From positions 1 to 57,975 of the forward strand of contig JANWIO010000059.1 of NCBI GenBank assembly GCA_025449835.1: a stretch of 57,975 bases of DNA. Direction: 5' to 3'. The notes under the pieces were generated by a model. That model searched no databases, was not told the origin of the DNA, and saw only the letters and a list, made by a program, of their open reading frames with translations. Positions 20,708 through 30,522 of this stretch are shown here, piece by piece (the first letter of the stretch is position 1; each line of letters begins with the position of its first letter). Both the position numbers and the translations under genes were made by a program. Source of the stretch: Vampirovibrionales bacterium (GTDB lineage Bacteria > Cyanobacteriota > Vampirovibrionia > Vampirovibrionales > JAGQHJ01).

Positions 20708-21973
20708 ATGGCAAATACACATAAACGCCGGGTTGTTATTACAGGTATCGGTGTCATAACACCTTCTGGCGTAAAATTAGAGCCTTTTTGGCAATCGCTC
20801 CTTGCTGGAAAAAGTGCCATTGGGCCAATGACATTGATTGATACCAGTGAACAAATCTGTAAAATTGCCGGTGAAGTCAAAGATTTTCATCCGGAAAACT
20901 ATATGGATAAAAAAGACGCCCGGCGTATGGATCGCTATACTCAGTTTGCCATGGCGGCTGCACGAGATGCTTATACAGATTCAGGATTAACCTCTGAGTC
21001 TGTTGCGCCTGAACGGTTTGGTGTTGTCGTGGGTAGCGCTGCCGGTGGCATTGGAACCATTGAAACCCAGTTACGAGAGGTTATAGCGAAAGGTTATCGT
21101 CGTTGTAGTCCTTTTTTGGTCCCCATGATGATTTGTGATATGGGCGCAGGTCGAATTTCTATTGAATATAATGCCAAGGGGCCAAACATGGCGGTTGTAA
21201 CGGCATGCGCAACTGGTGCTCATTCCCTGGGGGATGCGTTTCGGATTATTCAAAATGATGAAGCCGATGTTGTTTTTGCAGGTGGTGCAGAAGCCCCCAT
21301 TACCCCTATTTCAGTCTCTGGGTTTGCTGCAGCAAGGGCTCTATCCCTTCGCAATGATGATCCTCAGCATGCCAGTCGCCCTTTTGAAACTGGTCGAGAT
21401 GGTTTTGTTATGGCTGAAGGGGCCTGTGTACTGATTCTAGAAGAATTGCAACGGTCGATTGATCGGGGTGCCAAAATTTATGGTGAGATTATTGGTTATG
21501 GGCGTTCTGCCGATGCCCATGATATTGTTTCGCCCCCTTCAGACGGAAGTGGCGCTGTTTTTGCCATGAAGGCCGCGTTAAGAGATGCGGGGCTCTCTCC
21601 TGAAGAGATTTCTTATATTAATGCTCATGGAACCAGCACACCTTTAGGTGATCTGGCAGAGACGAACGCTATTAAGCATGTGTTTAAAGATCATGCCAAA
21701 AGTGGGAAGCTTTTAGTGAGCTCAACCAAAAGCATGACGGGGCATCTTCTCGGGGCTTCTGGGTCTACGGAGGCCGCAGTATCGCTACTGGCTTTAAGAG
21801 ATCAGTTAATTCCGCCTACCATTAATCTTGAAAATCAAGATCCGGCATGTGACTTGGATTATGTTCCTCATACCCCACGTAAAGTCAGTGGTTTTAAGGT
21901 GGCTATGTCCAACTCCTTTGGATTTGGTGGACACAATGCCTCACTCATTTTCCGGGCTTGGGAACAAAATTAA
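20708..21973 (+). CDS. fabF: 3-oxoacyl-ACP synthase II
   Basis: RRVVITGIG, TACATG, NAHGTST, KSMTGHLLG, SNSFGFGGHN. Confidence 0.97.
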   Translation: MANTHKRRVVITGIGVITPSGVKLEPFWQSLLAGKSAIGPMTLIDTSEQICKIAGEVKDFHPENYMDKKDARRMDRYTQFAMAAARDAYTDSGLTSESVAPERFGVVVGSAAGGIGTIETQLREVIAKGYRRCSPFLVPMMICDMGAGRISIEYNAKGPNMAVVTACATGAHSLGDAFRIIQNDEADVVFAGGAEAPITPISVSGFAAARALSLRNDDPQHASRPFETGRDGFVMAEGACVLILEELQRSIDRGAKIYGEIIGYGRSADAHDIVSPPSDGSGAVFAMKAALRDAGLSPEEISYINAHGTSTPLGDLAETNAIKHVFKDHAKSGKLLVSSTKSMTGHLLGASGSTEAAVSLLALRDQLIPPTINLENQDPACDLDYVPHTPRKVSGFKVAMSNSFGFGGHNASLIFRAWEQN

Positions 21974-22068
21974 TCTCTTTTTTTGACGCCAAGGCACCAT
22001 TAACAAGCTCAAGAGAAGCGTTGTTTTTGTGTTGTTCTTCTTGGTGGAGAGTCGGTTTATTAAAACAT

Positions 22069-23064
22069 CTAACTGACGGACATAACGTCATGGATACGGC
22101 CAATGGCTTCTCCCAATAGGCGAGCAAAACTGAGCAGCGTAATTTTTTGGGTTTGTGCACCAGCCGGGCTTAGGGGGATACTGTTGGTGACGATAATTTC
22201 ATCAATGGGGGATTCTGATAAGCGTTGGATGGCCGGGCCACTAAAGACAGGGTGAGCGGCACAGGCAAAAATCTGTTGAGCGCCTTGTTCTTTGAGCATT
22301 TTGGCGCCTGAGCAAATGGTACCTGCAGTATCAATCATGTCATCCACAATAATGGCGTTACGCCCACGGACATCCCCAATAAGGTTATACACTTCAGCAA
22401 TGTTATGGCCTACCCGACGTTTATCGATAATGGCAATGGGGCAATCCAGTTTTTTTGCAAACACTCTGGCCCGCTCAACGCCCCCAGCATCAGGGCTAAC
22501 CACCACTGGGTTTTCTAAGCGTTTTTGTTGAATATAGTCAATTAAAACGGGGGTTGCGTAAAGGTGATCGACTTTAATGTTAAAGAATCCTTGTAGCTGA
22601 CCGGTGTGAAGGTCCATGGCGATAATGCGATCAGGGCCAGCGGTGGTAATGAGATCAGCCACTAGCTTGGCAGAGATAGCTTCACGTCCAGCGGTTTTTC
22701 GGTCCTGTCGGGCATAACCATAGTAGGGCATTACAATATTGATGGTGTTCGCGCTGGCACGCTTAAACGCATCAATCATAATGAGCAGTTCCATGATATT
22801 TTCGTTGGCCGGGCTGCAGGTGGGTTGGATTAAAAAGACATCATTGCCGCGAATGCTTTCTTGGATTTGAACGTAAGTTTCACCGTCGCTAAAGTTTTTA
22901 ATTTGAATGGGGCTCAATGAGGTTCCCAAATAATGGGCAATCTCTTCGGCGAGTTCTGGATTGGCTCGCCCTGTAAATATTTTAACTTTACATGTTCCGT
23001 CTAGCATCCGATTACGCTCAAGCTGCGGAATATGCATTTCTACGGCCACTGAATGATCCTCCAT
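22069..23064 (-). CDS. prs: Ribose-phosphate pyrophosphokinase
   Basis: FSDGE, YYGYARQDRK, DLH, VSPDAGG, VDDMIDTAGT. Confidence 0.96.
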   Translation of the reverse strand: MEDHSVAVEMHIPQLERNRMLDGTCKVKIFTGRANPELAEEIAHYLGTSLSPIQIKNFSDGETYVQIQESIRGNDVFLIQPTCSPANENIMELLIMIDAFKRASANTINIVMPYYGYARQDRKTAGREAISAKLVADLITTAGPDRIIAMDLHTGQLQGFFNIKVDHLYATPVLIDYIQQKRLENPVVVSPDAGGVERARVFAKKLDCPIAIIDKRRVGHNIAEVYNLIGDVRGRNAIIVDDMIDTAGTICSGAKMLKEQGAQQIFACAAHPVFSGPAIQRLSESPIDEIIVTNSIPLSPAGAQTQKITLLSFARLLGEAIGRIHDVMSVS

Positions 23065-23487
23065 TCCATACCTTTCTGTTCATTTCATGTTGATAAACAC
23101 ATCGGGCAATCAAAAGTTGCGTTATTTTAGGTTCTTTTTTTAAAATACCAAAAAACCACCGCTTTAAAGCGGATGCGTTAACTTTTCTAAACTGTTTTTG
23201 TGTTGTCATAAAAATAGGAGGCATTGCCACCATATTTACCATATAAAAGAGACGTTTGTAGGAGCAAAATCTTCCCATCGTGCGAACACCACTCTCTATT
23301 GTATGCCGAAAATTGAGAAAATGCTTTATCTTGTTAGCGTATTTATAACCCAAAATATGAAACCAGGCTTGATCTTCTAGTAGTGTTGAAAGATTGCTGA
23401 GGTAGATGTTGGTATTTTAAGGGGACTTGGTCAAAATGGTCTATAGAAAAGCTTATTTTCATTCTTTGATGAGGTATAATAAGGGCT

Positions 23488-25281
23488 ATGGACTCATTGG
23501 ATTATGGCATTATCGGGAATGGACAGATTAATGCACTGGTATCCTCTGAGGGGAACATTGAATGGGCCTGTATGCCCGCATTTGATAGTCCATCTGTCTT
23601 TAGCGCCATTTTAGATAAAGAGCAGGGGGGCTGTTTTAAGGTCAAGCTAAAAGGCTTTTACGGGACCGAACAACAGTATTTAAAAAATACGGTTATTCTG
23701 GAGACCCGTTATTTGGGCCGTAATGGGGCGTTTAACATTATCGACTTTGTTCCCCGCTTTTATATCGATGCGGAGGCCATTTACAAACCTGCACAAATAT
23801 ATCGTTTAATTGAGGTGACCCAGGGAGAGCCGCAGGTTGAAATTTATTTTGATCCCCGCTTTGATTATGCCCGAGGTGAAACCCATTGTTCTATTGAGAG
23901 GGGCGTATTGGTTGCGGTACAGGGGGAACAGAAACTTTATTTGTACTCAAACCTTGATTATCAGAAGATTTTAGACCATGAAGAAATAACCTTAACCCAA
24001 GGAAGCTTTTTGGTCCTTTCTTACATGGAGCCATTGCAAGGGATTACCTATGAAAGTGTTATTGAAAAGTTTCAACGCACCACGCATTATTGGCGTGGTT
24101 GGGTAAAACATTGTTATCTGCCTGCCAATTATCAAAATGAGATTATTCGATCTGCTCTAACCCTAAAACTGTTGGTTTATGATGATACAGGTGGGGTTAT
24201 TGCAGCGCCCACCAGTAGTTTACCTGAGATTTTTGGGGAAAACCGTAACTGGGATTACCGCTATTGTTGGCTGAGAGACTCCTATTTTATTGTGAATGCC
24301 CTGATGAAACTCTCTCAATTTGAGGAGTTAGAGGGGTTTATTCGTTATTTAAAGCTGGTTTTAGGAAAAAAGGTGTATGAGGCGGGCAAAGATCTGGAAA
24401 ACTTACGGCCCCTTTACGCTATTTCAGGTCGGCCCGCGCCGATGGAAGAAATTTTATCTCATTTAAAAGGATTTAATGGGAGTCAGCCCGTGCGGATTGG
24501 GAACGATGCCACCAACCACTTTCAAATTGATATTTATGGTGAAGTGATCCAAGCGTTGTATCCCATGTTTTTTGATCAACGCATTGTTCGGGAAGATCTG
24601 GACCAACTGTGGAACATTGTCAAAGATTTGGTTGATCTGGCCATCAAAAAATTTCCAGATAAGGACAATGGGATTTGGGAGTTTCGCAATGCCCGGCGCC
24701 ATTACACCTTTTCAAAACTCATGTGCTGGGTGGCTGTTGATCGGGGCGTTAAGATTGCACGGCATCTTTCCAAGGCTGAGGTGAGTAAATGGACTCGGCT
24801 TCGGGATGTGATGCGAAACGATATTCTAAAAAAGGCTTGGAACCCTGATGTACAAGCGTTTACACAATCCTATGGGTCTCAATATTTAGATGCCAGTACG
24901 CTCTTAATGCCTGTATATGGTTTTATTTCGGCAAAAGATCCGAGAATGAAGAATACCATCACGCAAAGCGAGAATTTGCTCATGAAAAATGGCTTTGCAT
25001 TTCGTTACACGAATGAAGATGATTTGGGTGTGCCTCAAAATGCCTTTTTGGTCTGCACTTTTTGGTTTATTGATGCGCTTATTCTTGCAGGAGAATCGAA
25101 AAAGGCTTTATATTATTTCGAAAACGTTTTACAATATTCAAATCACGTGGGATTGTTTTCTGAAGATGTTGATCCCCAACTGGGTGTCCTGACGGGAAAC
25201 TTTCCGCAAGGGTATACACATGTGGCTATTATCAACACCGCGATGAAGTTGAATAATCATCATGAGGTATACAGCACGTAA
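23488..25281 (+). CDS. Glycoside hydrolase family 15 (trehalase/glucoamylase-like)
   Basis: IAAPTSSLPE..G..RNWDYRYCWLRD, GIWEFR, GLFSED, GNFPQ. Confidence 0.92.
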   Translation: MDSLDYGIIGNGQINALVSSEGNIEWACMPAFDSPSVFSAILDKEQGGCFKVKLKGFYGTEQQYLKNTVILETRYLGRNGAFNIIDFVPRFYIDAEAIYKPAQIYRLIEVTQGEPQVEIYFDPRFDYARGETHCSIERGVLVAVQGEQKLYLYSNLDYQKILDHEEITLTQGSFLVLSYMEPLQGITYESVIEKFQRTTHYWRGWVKHCYLPANYQNEIIRSALTLKLLVYDDTGGVIAAPTSSLPEIFGENRNWDYRYCWLRDSYFIVNALMKLSQFEELEGFIRYLKLVLGKKVYEAGKDLENLRPLYAISGRPAPMEEILSHLKGFNGSQPVRIGNDATNHFQIDIYGEVIQALYPMFFDQRIVREDLDQLWNIVKDLVDLAIKKFPDKDNGIWEFRNARRHYTFSKLMCWVAVDRGVKIARHLSKAEVSKWTRLRDVMRNDILKKAWNPDVQAFTQSYGSQYLDASTLLMPVYGFISAKDPRMKNTITQSENLLMKNGFAFRYTNEDDLGVPQNAFLVCTFWFIDALILAGESKKALYYFENVLQYSNHVGLFSEDVDPQLGVLTGNFPQGYTHVAIINTAMKLNNHHEVYST

Positions 25282-25317
25282 AGTTTAAATGAATTAATGA
25301 GACATTGAGATCTGAAA

Positions 25318-26808
25318 ATGATTGAAGTAGAGCCTGTAATACAACAAGAATCCTCGGTGCTATCTGGCCATCGCCTTATTATTGTGTCTAATCGTGAGCC
25401 GTTTCAAGTAGTCAGGGAAGAGGATAGTTTAAGACTGGAAAGATCTGCTGGTGGGCTTATTTCTGCCCTTGATCCTGTGGTTCAAAGCTCAAATGGTCTT
25501 TGGATCTGCTGGGATGGGGCTTTTCAAGAGGATGATTACAGTTTTGAAGACTTATCTCGCTTGGCAGAACTCAACAATATTGAGTTCCCTTACCCTTTAC
25601 AGATGGTAAAGCTGAGTGAAGAAGATATTGAACACTATTATTATGGATTTGCAAACCAGCAAATTTGGCCGCTGTTTCATTATTTCCCTTCGCGCTATGC
25701 CTTTCAGGAAAAAGAGTGGGCCCAATACACGGAAGTAAACCAAAAATTTGCTCAATCCATTGTGGAAAATGCAACGCCTGAAGATTTTATCTGGATTCAA
25801 GATTATCACCTTATGTTGGTACCCAGTTTTGTTCGGGAAAAACAGCCTGATTTAAATTTAGGTTTTTTCTGCCATGTTCCTTTTCCGCATTATGAGGTGT
25901 TTCGAGTATTACCCACCCGTCGTGAAATTTTAAGAGGGATGTTGGGGGCGGATATCATCGGATTTCATACACCTGACTACGCCAAGTATTTTATGGAATG
26001 TGCCGAAATGCTTCTGCCGGGAGAGGTAAAGGTGCTGGATGGGGAGACGCTTATGTTTCGATCTCGCCAGGTTCGGGTAAAAGCTTATCCCATTAGCATT
26101 GATTACGATTCGATTGATGCGATTTCTCGTCGACCTGAAACCGATGAAGCCGTGGCGCAATTGCGAAGCTCATTCCAGCCTGCCGAATTGATTGGTTTGG
26201 GAATTGACAGGCTGGATTACTCCAAAGGCATTTTTGATCGTATGGAGTGTATTTCGTTGTTCTTTGATCGGTATCCTGAATACCGTAAACGCCTTGTCTT
26301 CATTCAGATTGCGGTTCCCAGTCGAACCAAGGTGGAAGATTATCAGCAACTCAAACATGAAGTGGATGAAGCGGTTGGCCGGATTAATGGTCGGTTTAGC
26401 GAAGATGGCTGGGCGCCGATTCATTATTTATATCGTGGTTTTCCCATGGAAGAGCTGGTTGCCTACTATAAAGCTGCAGATTTTGCCTTAGTGAATCCAC
26501 TTCGGGATGGAATGAATCTGGTTGCCAAGGAATATTGTGCTGCACACAGCGATGATAATGGTGCTTTAATCTTGAGTGAAATGACAGGCTCTGCCTATCA
26601 GTTGAAAGAAAGCTTTTTGGTGAATCCTTACGATTATCCCAGTGTGGTAGAAGCCATGCATGCCGCTCTGAGTGCCTCGAATGAAGAAAAAAGGGAGCGG
26701 ATGATTCAGATGCGAAAGACGATTCAAGAAAACAATATTGAAAAATGGCTTAATGACTTTCTGGCTGATTTTAACGTGGCTATTCAGCATCGGTATGACA
26801 ATGCCTAA
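25318..26808 (+). CDS. otsA: Trehalose-6-phosphate synthase
   Basis: VSNR, AGGL, YYGFAN..WPLFH, WIQDYHL, DRLDYSKG, LRDGMNLVAKEY. Confidence 0.95.
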   Translation: MIEVEPVIQQESSVLSGHRLIIVSNREPFQVVREEDSLRLERSAGGLISALDPVVQSSNGLWICWDGAFQEDDYSFEDLSRLAELNNIEFPYPLQMVKLSEEDIEHYYYGFANQQIWPLFHYFPSRYAFQEKEWAQYTEVNQKFAQSIVENATPEDFIWIQDYHLMLVPSFVREKQPDLNLGFFCHVPFPHYEVFRVLPTRREILRGMLGADIIGFHTPDYAKYFMECAEMLLPGEVKVLDGETLMFRSRQVRVKAYPISIDYDSIDAISRRPETDEAVAQLRSSFQPAELIGLGIDRLDYSKGIFDRMECISLFFDRYPEYRKRLVFIQIAVPSRTKVEDYQQLKHEVDEAVGRINGRFSEDGWAPIHYLYRGFPMEELVAYYKAADFALVNPLRDGMNLVAKEYCAAHSDDNGALILSEMTGSAYQLKESFLVNPYDYPSVVEAMHAALSASNEEKRERMIQMRKTIQENNIEKWLNDFLADFNVAIQHRYDNA

Positions 26809-27571
26809 ACCCCTTTTGTTAATGCTAGACTACGATGGGACATTGACCCCCATTGTGCCCCATTTTGACCAAGCCCAGGTTTCTCAAGATCAGATTGACG
26901 TTTTAAGAAAATTGGCATCCTTGCCAGCGGTCCAATTGGCCATTGTCAGTGGCCGATCTGTTCCGCAATTGCGCTTTTTCTTAATGGACTTAGCCGGAGA
27001 GTCCCTTTATTTGGTGGGGCTTCATGGGGGAGAAGTGTATGACTTTCAGTCAGAGCAGTTTTTGGAAGAACCCGACTCAAGCTATAAGCATAGCATTGAA
27101 GCTTTAAAGCAGTATCTTGAAAAAGCTGGCATTCATCAAGTGAAAGGGGTTGCTCTTGAAGATAAAAATTATTCATTGGGCGTCCATTACCGACAAGCAT
27201 CCCCCGAAGATGCAGAAAAAGCCCTTGGTTGCTTAAGAGAGGGAATGAAAACATTAGGACTTTCCCTATCTTTTATTTTGCGTCCCGGCAAACAGCTTTT
27301 AGAGGCGGTTCCTAAAGGATTTAATAAAGGGGTTGCTGTTGATCATTTGCTACCCCTGGCGACAAAACGTTTTGGCCAAGGGCCTAGTCTGACTTATATT
27401 GGTGATGACGTGACCGATTTTGATGCTTTTCGCCAGGTAAATGCCCATGGGGGACAATCCATTTATGTGGGTCAAATTCTTCCCGAAGATTCACCACCTG
27501 TGGCTCAGGTTTTGCCGAATGTGCAAGCTGTGTATGATTTTTTAGAACGAAATATTCTTTCTGCGGTGTGA
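26801..27571 (+). CDS. otsB: Trehalose-6-phosphate phosphatase
   Basis: LDYDGTL, VSGRS, HYR, NKG.AV, GDDVTDFDAF; start taken at the ATG overlapping the otsA end. Confidence 0.93.
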   Translation: MPKPLLLMLDYDGTLTPIVPHFDQAQVSQDQIDVLRKLASLPAVQLAIVSGRSVPQLRFFLMDLAGESLYLVGLHGGEVYDFQSEQFLEEPDSSYKHSIEALKQYLEKAGIHQVKGVALEDKNYSLGVHYRQASPEDAEKALGCLREGMKTLGLSLSFILRPGKQLLEAVPKGFNKGVAVDHLLPLATKRFGQGPSLTYIGDDVTDFDAFRQVNAHGGQSIYVGQILPEDSPPVAQVLPNVQAVYDFLERNILSAV

Positions 27572-27714
27572 ATACTGCCGGAGATAACGGCCAATTATAC
27601 AGTGGGGATAGAATCCGCTTCTGGCAAAAGAAAGCGAGTTCCCATGAAATCAAAAGAATCGCTATAATGAAGTAACTAAATGATGGATATCCTTGGGAGG
27701 ACCCAATTTGTTCC

Positions 27715-28155
27715 ATGGGGAATAATCTTCCTGCAGATCAAGCGGCCCGGCGCTTTTATGCATCCTTGATGGAAAGTCAGTGCCAAGTGAGTTGGTCTTT
27801 TTTTTCAAAGACAACGCAAAATAAATTTGCGGAATGGGCCTTGCATGACCTCTACCAACGGAATCAGGAGGCTGCGAAAGCTGCCAATTTAGGAATTAAA
27901 GAAGTAAAGCTTATGTTTGAGCGAAATGACCCAATGCTCCTCAAGTTTTTTTGGCGCCGCTTTTTCTTTGCCAGTGGGGCAAATGAAATTTATCGCTTGG
28001 GCTATTTTAGTATCGACTCGGTGAAGGGAAAAACAGCCGTGGTTAAGGTAACATTAAAATATCCCAATGGGCAGGTTCGAGAGATTGGACTTCCCATGGT
28101 GGAAGAACGTGGCGGATGGAAACTGGCCTATGTTGAAAACAAATTGCCGTTTTAG
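27715..28155 (+). CDS. Hypothetical protein (146 aa)
   Basis: GGAGG RBS; first gene of a pair with the TPR protein. Confidence 0.8.
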   Translation: MGNNLPADQAARRFYASLMESQCQVSWSFFSKTTQNKFAEWALHDLYQRNQEAAKAANLGIKEVKLMFERNDPMLLKFFWRRFFFASGANEIYRLGYFSIDSVKGKTAVVKVTLKYPNGQVREIGLPMVEERGGWKLAYVENKLPF

Positions 28156-28170
28156 AAAGGATAGGTTGAA

Positions 28171-30420
28171 ATGGTAAGCAGTCGATTTTTGCAGTTTAAG
28201 GTTCACAAGGCCTTTTTATGGGCCAGTGCTTTAATTTGCCTGGTTCCCCTGGTGCAGATGCCATGTTTTGCGCAAGAATCCCAACTGCCTCCCATGAGTC
28301 AGCAAAACCAAAATGTAGAGAATGGGAATGGCCAGCAAGCCTCTAGCCAATACTATTATGACTACATGCAAAAGGCGATGGATTTTTATAATAAGTCCGA
28401 TTATGGTCAGGCCATTGATTTGATGAAAAAAGCCTTACAACTCTCTCCCAATAACCCCTCTGTTATTAACAATCTGGCAGCAAGCTTAATTCAACAAGGG
28501 GTTTATTACCAAAACACTAAAAAAGACTACAAAAAGGCCGTTGATGATTACCGTCAGGGGCTCTTTTACATGGTATATGACTGGCCTGATGGGGTGCTGA
28601 TGTCTCCTCAGGTGTCGCAAAATGTTAAAATTCTTCGCCTTAACATTGATAATGCCATGAAAAGCCTGAGAGAACCTACTGAAGACTGGAAATGGCATCT
28701 GAAAACAGCCTGGGACTTGAGACGTAAAGGGCAATTGGAAGAAGCCATGGTGGAGTATGGCTGGGTAACCCAGTTAAACCCCCGGGATTCAGAGGCATGG
28801 CTTGCCCAAGGTGATATTTATCGGGTGAAACAAAATCCGGGAAAAGCGGCAAGTGCTTATCAAAAAGCCATTGATACCGCATCATCTCCTACCGATGATT
28901 TATATGTGAAGCTGGGAACGGCTCTGTTGCAAAATGGTGATCCCGAAAAAGCCGTGACGATGTATAACAAAGCTTTGTCCATTAATCCGAAAAATCAAGA
29001 TGCTTTATTGGCCCTTGAACAGGTTTGGAACAAAGAAATTGTCTTAAACCCTCGCAATATGTCGGCGCATTTAAACTTAGGAGCTGTGTATCAGCAGTTG
29101 GGAAATTATGATGATGCCTTTGCCCAATATCAAGTGGCCGATCGCTTAACCCCCAATAATCCTTTGGTTAAGCTAGACTTAGGGAGTCTTTACCAGGCCA
29201 AGGGTCAGTTAAATCAAGCATTGTCCATGTATAACGCTGTTCTACAGCAGGATCCCAACAATACCCAGGCCATGTTGTATAAAGCCGATATCTTAGAGCA
29301 GCAAGGAAATCATCAGGAAGCAGCCCAATTGCTTCAAAACGCCTTACAGGGCAGTTCTGATAAAAAGCAAGTGTTAAATCAACTGATGGCGATTTATAAA
29401 ACCGAAGGGGATCCTCAAAAAATTAAAATGGGCTGGGAACGTTATGCCAACACGTTTCCCCAAGACGCCTCGATTCAGTATCAAGCTGGATTAGCCCTTC
29501 ACGAAATTAAAGATTATGCCGATGCGGTCACCTATTATCAGCGGGCGGCTGACTTAAATCCCCAGATGTCGGATGCTTATGCCAATATGGGCGCTGCCCT
29601 TCATGCCATGCATCAAGATAAAGAAGCGTTAACGGCTTTAAAAAGGGCGTTAAGTCTTGATCCTACTTTACAACAAGTTAAAAGCCTCATTGCGGCTATT
29701 GGGCAACAATCGGGCTCGGAAGCGTTGGTGAAGGCTGCACAGCTTCATGAACAGGGGAAATATCAAGAGGCGCTGAAATACTATGAACAAGCCCTTAAAG
29801 AAGATCCCAATAATGCCGATATCGAGGCTCGGTATGGCTTGGCCTTACAGGCTTTAAATAAAGATAAAGAAGCTTCAGCGGCCTATGACCAAGCCATTGC
29901 TTTGGCACCGGATAATGGGACCTATTATTATTACAAAGGCACCTTATTTGATTCGCAAAATCAAGATGATACCGCCAAAAAGCTTTATGAAAAAGCATTG
30001 GCGCTGGATCCCAGTTTAACCCAAGCCAAGCAAGCTTTAAGTGCCCTTGCAAGTACGGCCACGGATAGTCAGTTGGATGATGCATTGGCAGCCTACAACA
30101 AAAAGCAATATGAGACGGCTTTAAATACGATTGATACCGTTTTAAAGACAGATCCCAATAATGCAACCGCTTACTATTACAAGGGCTTGGTATATGATGC
30201 CCAGAAGAAGCTGGAGCCTGCCAGAAGCGCTTATGCCAAAGCCATTGCTTTAAACCCACAAAACAGTGATGCTGTTTATGCGTTGGCGGTGGTACTGGAT
30301 ACCCAAGGGGAAAAATTGGAGGCCAAGAAAGCGTATCAACAGTTTCTCGGCCTGAAAAAGAACCAGCCGGAAGATACCTACATGAAATATGCCAAACAGC
30401 GGGTCTCTTCTCTCAAATAA
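28171..30420 (+). CDS. Secreted multi-TPR protein
   Basis: Signal-peptide-like N-terminus (..MPCFA/QE) followed by many TPR units (A..Y.KAL.L.P.N..A). Confidence 0.9.
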   Translation: MVSSRFLQFKVHKAFLWASALICLVPLVQMPCFAQESQLPPMSQQNQNVENGNGQQASSQYYYDYMQKAMDFYNKSDYGQAIDLMKKALQLSPNNPSVINNLAASLIQQGVYYQNTKKDYKKAVDDYRQGLFYMVYDWPDGVLMSPQVSQNVKILRLNIDNAMKSLREPTEDWKWHLKTAWDLRRKGQLEEAMVEYGWVTQLNPRDSEAWLAQGDIYRVKQNPGKAASAYQKAIDTASSPTDDLYVKLGTALLQNGDPEKAVTMYNKALSINPKNQDALLALEQVWNKEIVLNPRNMSAHLNLGAVYQQLGNYDDAFAQYQVADRLTPNNPLVKLDLGSLYQAKGQLNQALSMYNAVLQQDPNNTQAMLYKADILEQQGNHQEAAQLLQNALQGSSDKKQVLNQLMAIYKTEGDPQKIKMGWERYANTFPQDASIQYQAGLALHEIKDYADAVTYYQRAADLNPQMSDAYANMGAALHAMHQDKEALTALKRALSLDPTLQQVKSLIAAIGQQSGSEALVKAAQLHEQGKYQEALKYYEQALKEDPNNADIEARYGLALQALNKDKEASAAYDQAIALAPDNGTYYYYKGTLFDSQNQDDTAKKLYEKALALDPSLTQAKQALSALASTATDSQLDDALAAYNKKQYETALNTIDTVLKTDPNNATAYYYKGLVYDAQKKLEPARSAYAKAIALNPQNSDAVYALAVVLDTQGEKLEAKKAYQQFLGLKKNQPEDTYMKYAKQRVSSLK

Positions 30421-30522
30421 GTTTCTTCAAACAAGAAAGTAATGATCGTTTGCATTTTGCAAAATCGAGCTTTTTCGATATTGTAAAATGACATTCATCA
30501 AATTTTGAGGGGGAGATACAAT

